In this document: one piece after another, positions 1 through 12,000 of the stretch
Numbering within the stretch: the first letter of the stretch is position 1
How the letters are laid out: each line of letters starts with the position of its first letter
Assembly (NCBI GenBank): GCA_977016875.1
Contig: CDRNST010000150.1
Span: 62,001 to 126,000 of the forward strand
Source: Pavona decussata
Lineage: Eukaryota
Reading direction: 5' to 3'
Length of the DNA: 64,000 bases
Translations under genes and position numbers: made by a program
Notes under the pieces: generated by a model
The model's input: the letters and a program-made list of their open reading frames with translations, nothing else
What the model was told of the DNA's origin: nothing
Databases searched by the model: none

Positions 1-67
1 ACTATAACCCACTGTCTATTAATTAATAATAAGTTGTGACTGATAACAGTCCACTTACATCTCCTAG

Positions 68-3000
68 TGAGCAAGAGAAGAAACTGGTTGTTGATCAGGT
101 TTTCAGAGATCTTGTCAAGGAAACTGTGGTAAGTGACAAATTTAAGCTTATTGATCTTCAGCCCATCTTGTATACTTGCATTGCAACTATATAAAACAGG
201 AGATAACACAGGCATTTACACTTATCTATTAAAAATTATAAATAACTTGCAAAATCCCGGAGAGACAGCTGTAATTTAAATCAAAACTGTATGTATAACT
301 ACAAAGCAAAAAAAATGTAAGACGCAGACCTGTGTGTAAGAAGTGGAGGGTGAACAACGTACTTATAATCATTTCTAGTTAACAGCTGACAGACTTATTT
401 AAGCCATTTGCCAAATCAATACTTACTGCATGGTGCTTAAAATCTCAACAAGATGACTGAAACTTTAACCATGCTCACTGTTTGTAGAATAGAGGGTTAG
501 TATGACAGTAATACAGTATGGTTCAGCTGTGTGGAAATCTTTCCAAAATCTCAGCTGGTAAAGTGTTCCAAGTCACATAATTTTTTATTTATTTATTGAT
601 TTATTTAGTGCACAAACAAATTACAACACACTAGTAATAAATACTACTTGTGAAGTGATACTTATACTATTTACAACACAGTGCTAAAAAAAATACGAAA
701 CAACTTAAAATGCGATATTACTAACAAAACGAAACGATACTTACGCTACTAAGAACAATACTAACACTACGATACAATACAATAATTGATAAATTTAATT
801 TTATTAGTTGCTTACAAATGGATAGTATATGCATTTGCACAGCTAGACTCCAAATATTAATTGTTTAAAAATTTGGACCAAGTCACATAGTTATATTTTT
901 ATTCCTGTTGAAATCTGAGTTGTACAGACGTATGTGAAATGAGCTAACATTCCCAGTTGAAATGAAAGGGTTATCCATGTTTGCCATGGAAACCCCAAAG
1001 CCAATGACTCACTAGGCTGCATAGCAGTCATTTTATTTCCAAGTGAGAGCAAGAAGTGAATGATAGCTTCCTGGGAGAAGGAGCAAAAAAATAAAAAAAA
1101 TAAAATAAAATGGACAAGGGGGAGGGGAGATAAAGGAAAGGAAATATCTGCAGCTGTTGTTTAGGAACTAAACCCAATATATAATAATTATTATTGGTCT
1201 TCCATTAAGCACCTCATTAAACTTCTTATGACTGTTGCACATGATCAAACAGTTACTTTAATAGTGTTTGATAACATAGTGTTAAACTCATTGTTCTGCA
1301 CTCTACTTCACATTGTGGTATATATTGGGTCTTGGCAATCTGCGAGCCAGCGAGCCATGCGAGGCAGACGTGTGAGGCACTCAGGTTAGCCTAAAAAACA
1401 CTCCAGATAGCCTAAAAAGCACTACGGTTAGCCTAAATAGCACTCAGGTTAGCTTAAATAGCTCCCCGGTTAGCTTAACGGTTAGCATTTATGTTGGGGG
1501 TTGTTCGTGCCTCGCAAGCCTCGCATGTTTTGTTCATGCCTTGCACGTTTGGCTCGCATGGCTCACACGTTTGGCTCGCTGGCTCGCACATTGGCCACAC
1601 TCGTATATATTTCCAATTCTCTTTTTCAAGCTAGAGATTCTTGTGCAAAAGTGTTTAAAAAATTGGAAGCAAATAAAGTACCATGGAGCTTATTTCTGGG
1701 GGGCCTTCAATTTAATTGATCACACAATTCTTGCTGGAAAAGTAATGGCCTTAGATATCCCACATGGTATTTTGTGCTGGGTCATCAACTTTCGTAAAGA
1801 TTGCAAACAAAGAGTCAAGCTAGAGTAAGACTGCAAGTCAGAATGGGGAGATATCCCAGCCAAGCTTGAACCCTGGTTGTTCATTTTAATGATTGATGAC
1901 ATCAACACCCGTGATACCTGGATGATACAACTATGGTTGAGCCTGTGGCCAAGAACCAAGCAAGTTTAATCCAGGATTTTTTCAACAACCTGTTCGCCAA
2001 GTCTGATGAGAACAAGTGTCAATTGAATGAAAGCAGATACGTATCTCCTTTGTTGAGAACGAAGCTGAGTTAGCTCCTATCATTGTCAACGAGAAGGTGG
2101 TGCCCAGCATCAGACTACTAGGTCTGAATATTTCCAAAGATCTGAAATGGAACTTTCACATGTCAGAAATTTTTCTGCAAGGTCTTTGCAAGGTTCTATT
2201 CCCTCAAGCAACTGAAGAGGGCAAATGTCACAACCAAGGATCCAATAACTTTTTACACAACATGCATCCATCCGGTCATAGAGTATGCTTCTCCAGTTTT
2301 TCAAAATTCACTCCCAAGCTATAACCTGTCAGACAAGCTGGAGGGCTTACAGAGGCCCACTATGAGAATTATCTTCCCGCATGTCACCTATTGAGGCATT
2401 AGGGCTCGCTTGTTTAGAGACACTTTGAACGGAGGCAGGCCCAAACAGTCAAAACGTTTCAGGACATCAGTTACTGTTATCCTGATCACAAATTATACAG
2501 ACGTTTACCAGAACCAAACAAATGTGGTTTTAATCTTAGAAATAGTCGAAAATTTCATGTTCCCATTTGCAAAATTAACAGACTCAAGAATAGCTTTTTC
2601 TACAGCAATTGTATATAGTAGACGATTTTATTTGGTGTTTTTCTTGGATCACTTTTTAGCTAAGTCTTATTTTTGAATTTATTTGTAAAGTTTTATCTAA
2701 TTCAGCTCTAGAGCTATAATTTTAAAGCTTCAATAAACTATCTATCTCAGTCTCTATCTATCTAAGAATATTTTTTGTTGTTGTTTATACAGGTAGATGA
2801 GTCTTTAAGTAGGGTGGAGGGGTGTGGCATTTAACCATATTATTCACAATTTTCATGTCACTATTTCTCAGCCAAAATATGCCATATTGATGTCTTGAAC
2901 ATCAGCATTTTCCCGCATTATTAGGAAGACAAATAGCAAGACTCATGGGATTGTGTAAAATTAATATACAGTATCTTCATTTCCTTGGCTTCATGTTTGT

Positions 3001-6000
3001 AGGCACATCCAAAAGTTTTTTTGTTTTGTTTTTAAAGTTTGGTATGTGATACAGTCTGTTTGGCATTATTAATATACTATAATTATATTTATTTTTTAGT
3101 ATTAATTAAAGTAGTGTACTATATTTTATTAGCGTAAATCTACTAGTGTTCTATCACAAATGCCGTTCCCCTGATTGGCTACGCTACTCACTATCTATTC
3201 TGTGATAGATAGTGAGTAGCGGTTTTCAACAAAATGGTGGCCGCTTGTCGCGTTTGCGAAGTGTCTGCGATGAGGATATAGATAATTTACTTGTTTAGTT
3301 TTGAACAAGTAGTAGATTTTTACTAAAACAATTATATTATTCGCTCTCGATTTCTATGCGTGATAGAAATCTCGAGCTCATAATCTAATTGTTAAATATA
3401 ATTATGATGTATTTTTGTGCTTCAGCTAACAAAAGGGAATATGGAAAGGTACAAACTCTTGATTAGTTTGGTTATCAAGTCAGCTATGGAAGGTGAGTAA
3501 ACTAGTGTTTTGTTCAAAACTGACTGATAAATGTACTGTCTAGTTTAATAATTGTGGTTTTGCACAGTCGCAGTGATGTGCAGTTATTACAGTTGTATTA
3601 CTGCAGTTGGCAGTTTCAGTTTATTGATTGCCTTACACACAAATACAACATTAACAAATTAACATTAACGAGGCAAGGTAGCCCAAGGAAACCAATAAGG
3701 CTTATGTAACGGACTACCTACCAGTCTGTCACAGCCAGGCTTGTTGGCCTGGTTACTTAATATGCTTGCTTGTGTTGTTTATTTCAGGACACTGTTCTCC
3801 TAACTTAGTGTTCATTTTGCTGAGTGATGTGTTTGACTGCATCACCCTGGAGCAGTGTGATCCACTGTTCACCTTTGTTGAAGAAAGGGTGTCAACTTGG
3901 ACTATGGTGAATGAGTTGTTTTTAATAATAATAATATAATACGATACAATACAATACAATACAATACAATACAATACAATACAATACAATACAATACAAT
4001 ACAATGCAATACAATACAATACAATACAAACTTAATGACACTCCTTGAAAAAGGTCTTTTCAGTGACAATAATAATTAATTTACAAGAATTTTATGTCAA
4101 ACCGATAGTAAATCTAAAAGTTACAATGATGCAATGATTTATATACTAAGAAGAGTAAACATTAAGCTAAAGAATTGTCGCTAAAAATAACAAGATGATT
4201 TAAACTTTATGTAAAAGCTAAGACAGACTAGAAAGGAAAGCGGCGAATAAGTCGGCTCGAGGTTTACGGTTAAAAATAAGAACAGAGTTGCAGAGTTTAT
4301 TACTAATAATTTATTATTACTTTGTTGTCATTACTTTCTGTGAAGAAAGCAGACTGAGGTTTCACTTTGTTGTTTCTGTTATATTGTATTTTTCTTGCTT
4401 TTGTTTTCTTTCACTGTTATCAAATTAATCTTCATACTTTCAGGGAAGTATAATAAAGGCCTGTAAACCGTTATTTGTTTATGTTCAGCTGAAACCTTCT
4501 TTTTTTGTTTATTTAGCATTTTGATTAAAAATTAAATACACAACAAAGTTTGTTACAATCATGATAACCATCCTCCATGCTTAAGTAGGGCTTATTTGGA
4601 GCAAACTAAAATGCACTTATGTCAGTGAAACCCAAAACCCTTCAATTGACTAAAGAAGAGCGAGCTTGGATACAAAATTTGACGATTTTCTGCCCAAACC
4701 ATTTGGAGCAGATTTTCCCTTGAGTGAGGCAACACACCTCAAGACAAGGAACTGATCCTGGCAGAGATTCTGTTTATACATCTTGATTGGTGTTTAATTG
4801 GTATCTGTCATTAATTATTAGTATACTGAGGGCCCGAAAAATGCCAGCAAAGGATGCCAAGAAGGCACACTCATAAGCCAGTAACCAGTAAAACGACTTT
4901 CAAAACCAATTTATCATGTGACAAACCTCCAAGAATTTTGGAGGTAATGGTACATGTAGCACCTGGCATGCTTAGAGTGCACAGATATTGTCTTGGTGTA
5001 GGGGTTTCTCTTGGGATGAAATAAAGCAAACGACAAATTAAAGTAAAAAAAGAAAACAGAAACAGAGAAATACCATGTGACATATGTGTATGCTATATAC
5101 AGCATTAGAATTTGAAATTTCATCATCCTTGAGCACTGCACATAACTTGCCTTGATGGGTGTATTAATTATTATAGTGTAATCTTTTGCTCTCATGGAGG
5201 CCGAGTTGAATTAAGGATTAATTTTCACGCGTATTTTCAAGGTTTTCCATAATTGCCTGAGTCGCACAGTGACTAAGGCAATTTGGGTAAACTTTCAAAA
5301 TACAAGTGAAAATTAATCCTTAATTCTACGAGGACTCATTGTGATTTTGTGTTTATAACATAGAGGGCAAAATTTTCTTAAAACAAGCGAGCTACTTTGG
5401 AAAACAGTTAGCCCTGGCCGGGCGTGAAAACACTCACCCGTTAGCAAAACAAACAAACAATTTACCTGTCTTTTAGTGTCATGACAGGCAAAACGAGAAA
5501 AGTTGTTTGTTATATACTTGTTATTAATTCATGAGAAAACTAACAACAATTAAACCAAATGTTAGGCATCAACTGAATAATTTTTATTCACCTGCACTGT
5601 GATTCTTTCTAATGCTTGACAATAACATGAACATAGATAGATAAAAATAGCAAACCATGGGACCAAAGAAGGAACTTGCAGTAACTTCTTCCACTGAATT
5701 TGACCTGCTCCTTCCTCCCATCAAAAGGGCACTGTTATTATTGTTCGGTTATGGTTTGTTGGAAGAAGCCGTAGCGAGGTGAAAACACTTGGTAGCGGCC
5801 ATGAATGTTTCAGTTTTTCAACCAAACAAATCCCACCAAGTTTTTAGTTTTTGACACGAGTAATCTCTTGCTGTTTCTTGTAAGAAATGAAAGGTCACCT
5901 TTAGGAATCTCCTTTGTCGCTGTAGCACTTGATTTCCAACTGAAGTATTTCTGGCACAAACAATCCGGCTTAAAACGTCAAACTCCAAAGAACCTGAAAG

Positions 6001-9000
6001 AAGTTGTTGTTGTTGCAGCACAAAATAAAGAAACCAACAAAATGTAGAAATGGCCTGCTCAGCCAAATTATCAGGAGCAAGTATTTTCACTGCTCGACCA
6101 ATCAAGAGTGAGTAATTTTCCCCTAAGCCATAAAAGGAAAATTAAAAAAAAATGCCCTCTGTTTCAACCTATCAGCATTCAGTAATTTTGCCCTCTATGT
6201 TATAACCAGAATAATATCATGGGTGACAAATTACTCCTTAATTTTGGCACGAAATTTCAGCATTAACTTATAATTTCACATGTGTCAAGTTACAAAATTG
6301 CTATGGCAACGTTTCCTATATCTCAGTGCAGTGCCAAGATGGCGTCCAGGTTTAAGGATGTTATGGATGAAAGAAGTTGCGGCATTAGAAGACGCTGCAA
6401 GAAAACCTAAATACACAAAAGATCACAATTAACTGGGTGAGGGTTTTTGAGAACTGGTGTGAAAGAAATGGTCTTGAGAAAAACCCTGAGACGGTTCATC
6501 CTGAGCAGTTGGATAAAGTACTCAAGCAGTTCTTTGCCTGCATGTGTGAACAAAACCAAACTGACCATGATTGTGAGCAGAATTTGTCACCCATGATATT
6601 AAAAGGTAATCAAATGGTATACTCATGAAAAGCCGAGCATTTAGGCATGGGAAAGTATTAGAATTTTGACAAAATGTGCGTTAAATTATTTCTTTATTTC
6701 ACTTGTCACCATTTGATTACATATACTTATGAGCAGTAATTTGTCCTCCTTACTCCATGATAGGGAAACCCTGCCCCAATTCAACTTATCCAAGAAACAA
6801 CATCCATGAATTGAAAGCATAATGTAGCAGGCAAGCGTGAAAGCACTATAAATATTTATTATAACGGTATATAATAATAATTATTTATTATTATAGTGGC
6901 AATTTATTTAAGTGCCAAGATACACTGTGGTTTCTCCTTAAATAATCTGGCCCCAGTTGTTCAAGAAGCATATATCTCTATCCAGTGGATAAAATGTTCT
7001 CCAACCAATACATTTTATCCGCCGGATAAAGTTATCCTTTCTTTGAACAACTGGGGCCTGATGTTTTGTCATGTTTTTCATTAATTTTGATCTGGCAACT
7101 TCCTTACATGTAGGTTTCTTCAATTTTTGTATATTTCAGCCTTTATTCTTTTCTGCTGGAAAGAATCTCCTGCTTAGGATGTGCAATGGTAAGAGACTGT
7201 GAGATGTATTAACTTCTAAAGAGATGTCTCAAGTCTTCTTTCTTTCTAATATGTTTAACAAGATTATTTTGGGTGAAAATAGAACTGTAACCAGGATAAG
7301 ACATATTAGGTAAAAATCGTTCTCTGGTTAAAAATTTTAAAACATAAGCTTTCGGCTATCAGTCTATAGCCTTTAACGAATTAAGAAATGTAGCGCGTAA
7401 ACGGAAATATATACAAAAAGGGTGCTAAAATTTGGGAATAAAAGAAGTGTGATAAAAGCTAAAAGATAAAAATGGAAATGAGGGCTAATTACAGTAAAAT
7501 GGAGTATTGCCTAGGCAACGGCTTAGAGTTATTGTCCGCGTCGACAGTTTTTGCTGTGTGCCAGGATTCTAATGTTTTTCGAACGCGGTAATCGCCCTTG
7601 TCGATAACACAAGCATTGTCAAAATCGATGCAATGATTGTTTTTCCAAGCATGGTTGGCAACGTTAGATCCACTAGAAAAATTCTTCAAATTCCGTTTAT
7701 GTTCCTTTTTGCGTGTTTGGAAACATCTTCCGGTTTCACCGATGTAGTTCCAAGAACAGTCTTTACATGGAATTTTGTAAACAACATTGCACTGAAGATC
7801 CGAGGGTTGTCTGAACTTTGGAGACAGGAATTCTTGTTGAAGGGTTTTTAGTGGTTTGTTGACAACACGGATATCATTTTTGCGGAGTAATCTCGTGAGG
7901 GGCTCAGTTAGGCCGCTGATGTAGGGGAGGCATGCAAAACCTTGGTACGTACTAGATGGATCAACCCATTTGAAGAACATAGAAACCAATTCTTCTGGTG
8001 GAGGAACTGTAGATGGGGGTGGCTTCTTATTGAGGATGTTAGAGATAACAGCTGATGGGTAACTCTAAGCCGTTGCCTAGGCAATACTCCATTTTACTGT
8101 AATTAGCCCTCATTTCCATTTTTATCTTTTAGCTTTTATCACACTTCTTTTATTCCCAAATTTTAGCACCCTTTTTGTATATATTTCCGTTTACGCACTA
8201 CATCTCTTAATTCTAAGGCTATAGACTGATAGCCGAAAGCTTATGTTTTAAAATTTTTAACCAGAGAACGATTTTTACCTAATAAGATTATTTTGGTTAA
8301 CTCTGACTCAGATTTGTTACGGCGTTTATCAACATCTCAAAATACAGTATTTTGTGGAAGGATACAGCTGTTTCTGGCAAGGCTCTTTCCTCTCTCTGAG
8401 AAGTCAGGTCAGTAATAATATTGTAGTTCTTGTTCAAATGATCATTTACATTATTTATTTATTTTTTGTGTGAATGAGATACATCAAATAATTAATTAAA
8501 AGTAGTTATTCCTGGTTTCCTCTTCTTGGTTTTTCTCATGCTTTGGTAAATTAGCATTTATTTAACACTTTGGACATTTGATAAAATATTACATTTAGCC
8601 TACTTATATTATGACCTTTATTTTGTTATACTTTAAAGGACTGAACTTAATGAGTCAATTCAATTATGAAAACATCACAACTTATACACTAAGACCAGCA
8701 GTTGATAATAAGGTGAGTTGAATTTGACAACCTACAATTTGTTGTGTTATTTTATTATTTATATTAAGTAATTTGTCTGTTGTTTGTAGCTGCACTTTTT
8801 TTTGCTCTGTCTCCTTCAAATATGTTGAATTTGTTTGTTTTAGCTAGTTGCGAAAGAATTGCTTTGAATGCAACATTGAAGGAGGGGATGGGGTGGGTAC
8901 AAGCTATGTGGGTGAGATGTGATTTATCTGTGGTCCCAGTGGAGTGTCCCAACAAATTATGACTGAGTGTGCATGCTCAGTCATAAATGTTGGAACAATC

Positions 9001-12000
9001 CCCTTCTTTGTTTCACCCTGTCAACTTGAATTTCTTTGTTTAAGCAAGAGGGAGTGAATGCAACATTAGAGAGGTTAAGAATGACGTTTATGGCAAACAG
9101 GAAACGTGAGATATGATCGCATGACCATTTTTTATCCTATATTTGCCGCTTGCTGTTTTCAGTTTCTCTATCAAATCAAGTACCTGTAGTTTTGCGTTAG
9201 CATCAAAGGCCAGAACTAGTTTGCACTATTCTCATCTTTGTACTCTTTATTTCAAGAAACCATAAACGCAAATCTCATGTTTGCCATTTGCCGTAAACGC
9301 GATTCTTAATCTCTCTATTGAAGGAGGGGAGAGGAAGGGAGAGGGGGAGTACGTGCTATATTATAGGTGAGATGTGATTTATCTGTTGTCTCAGTGAAGT
9401 GTTTCAACGAATAATTTATGACATGAGTGTGTGGGTTGTTAGTTTGAGTGGCATATGCAATGCTCACTCTGCCCTCAATTCCTGTGAACTGCAAAATGAA
9501 AGTTTGATCCTCTTCCCCAACTAACCACAAGATGCCATATTTTCCTAAGCCTGGTGGCTTTTCCACTCAATTTCCACAAAGAGCAGAACTGCACGGAACA
9601 TCTAGCAGCTTCTTACACCTTACATGTATTGAATTGTAAGTCTAAAGTATGCTACATGATGCCAGTGATACATATTTGAAACATTCAGTGTGATCAGATG
9701 GGGACATCTCTGTCAGTTGTTCATGGCAATGTATCCAGTACAATAAAGTCTTCCCCTCTCTCCCACTATGTATAACATTTCTGTGGAAATAAATCAAAAT
9801 GGATGGATTGAACACAATCAAGATAATGCTACATTTCTGTTTAGTTTTAACCTCTCACCGAACAAGAGCTGTAGCTTAATGACCAATCATTTGTCAGATT
9901 TCTCCTGTTTAGCAGCAAGGGGAAATAAACTGAGAATTTGCAATGAAAGCCTTCACTGGCAAGGGAGGAGAGGATAGCTTTCAGGAATAGGTTTGCTTGT
10001 GGTTTTTCTCACCCTCCCATCTCCTGGTACTCCATTCAGACTCCCTGCATTTCCTAACCACCAGAGTCAAATATCCTGTAACTCAATACTCAGGTCTTTG
10101 GGCCTTTAGTAAGTAGGTGTCCAGCGTGAATAACTTAGTATTCAACATGAACAAAGGTGGAAGGAGGAGATGGATTCTGTTGTCAATGTTTTAGTTTGTG
10201 CTACACTTTGTTGTCTAAGATTTACTGTAAAAATTAGCCGTGCACTATGTGAAAATTCCTGTGGTATAATTTTTGAAGTTTATAGTTTGTTTATTGTTAC
10301 AGAAAGTAGGCCTATATATGTAGCTGTAGAAGCTAAACCAACTAAACTCAAACTCTGTAATGGTTGCAAATGATAAGCATTTTTACATCTGTACTAAACC
10401 AATAAAAAAATAATGATTTAAAATTTTAGTCCCTTATCCCAGGGAATAGATAAATTATTTAGCTCCTGTAAGTCAGTGAAAATCATCAATGCTCTTGTTG
10501 CTCTCCCACTCTACAGGAACTAGAGAACTGGAGATTTTCAACACTTCAAACTGATTTTCAAGAAAAACCTAGAGATTTAATTACATGAAACACATAAAAG
10601 ATAGAGATAGTTGCCCATGCTTGTTTGTAAATAGAACTTCACATTTTGAAATTTATTCCATGTGGATGTTGCCCATAACCACCTTGACATTGCAAAAACA
10701 ATAATAATTGTTAGCCACAGGAGGTTTTGTACTGGGAAAATCAGGAGAAATCAATTAGTATAAAAAGTAGTAAAAGACAATGCAAACTGACCAAGAGACC
10801 AGGAGGATGTTAATGAATATTTGGTAGTTTCCTGGCTAAACCGGGTGACCTCAGAGGTCTGCTCTTTTTTGTAGTGGCACAAAGTTTGTGGTTGCTAGCA
10901 ACTTCGCATAATTTTGTGAAAAATATTCATGTTTATTCAAAGCACTTAATTAATGCTTATCTTGCAGCTGGACAAAACTTTGACTACTGGAAGTGAAATG
11001 GAGGTAGATGATAGAGAAGCTGGTGAACTAACATCAAGGTGGAGAAAGCTTATTTATTTTGAACAAACATGCTTTGTGCCAGATTTATCTATTTTTGCTA
11101 ACCTCATGGCTATAACATTTTACATTCATTTCAATCTATTTTTATTTTTCTATTTATTTATTTATTTATTTATTTATTTATTTTTTCATTTCTATTTCTA
11201 TTTGTTTATTTAACCACACACATTACAAAATTTGAGCGGAAAAAGATCACAGAGAAAGTGGTGAGAAACCGCAGGGCTTATAGAATAAGGTTTCCCCATT
11301 GCAGTGCTGTTACATAAAAGGTTTAGAGACTGTGAGACAGTTGAAGCAGAAGCAGAGTAACAGTTGAAACAATCATAAAAATGATCAACAGCTGCCATTT
11401 GAAAAAAGAAAATAACATGGAAGGTTGAAAGTAGTGATAAAAGATTTTACTAGTACTTGCCATAGATATATTTTTTAACACTAGATTCAAAAGAGGAAAG
11501 AGATACTGAGTTACAAATTAATGTCTTTATCTAAAGAATTTAAGTGCTTACAGTGTAGGTCCTTGATAGCATACAGATGTTGGTTCTACTAAAGGGCTAG
11601 TTAAAAGCATGAGCATTTCTTTTCTTGTGTATAAGGAATGAGTTCATTTTTAAACTTACAACAGTTGTAAAGTGACTAATGTATCATTTCAGTAAATGCA
11701 TGTTACAACTGTTGTAACATGCATTTATGNNNNNNNNNNNNNNNNNNNNNNNNNNNNNNNNNNNNNNNNNNNNNNNNNNNNNNNNNNNNNNNNNNNNNNN
11801 NNNNNNNNNNNNNNNNNNNNNNNNNNNNNNNNNNNNNNNNNNNNNNNNNNNNNNNNNNNNNNNNNNNNNNNNNNNNNNNNNNNNNNNNNNNNNNNNNNNN
11901 NNNTGTTCCAATAGACTTTAACCTCTACAAGAAATTTTGGGCTTTACAAGATTATTTCCGAAACCCCAGTCAGTGTTACAACAGTGTGGCTTGGAAGCCT

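Noticed and set aside
1378-1490. Regular 21-bp repeats as a CRISPR-like or telomeric array
   Set aside because: No unique spacers, not TTAGGG, eukaryotic intron, and enclosed by inverted ends.
3753-4019. ORF MYCIALYCIVLYC...
   Set aside because: Translation of the (ATACA)n microsatellite, antisense to a THOC1 exon.
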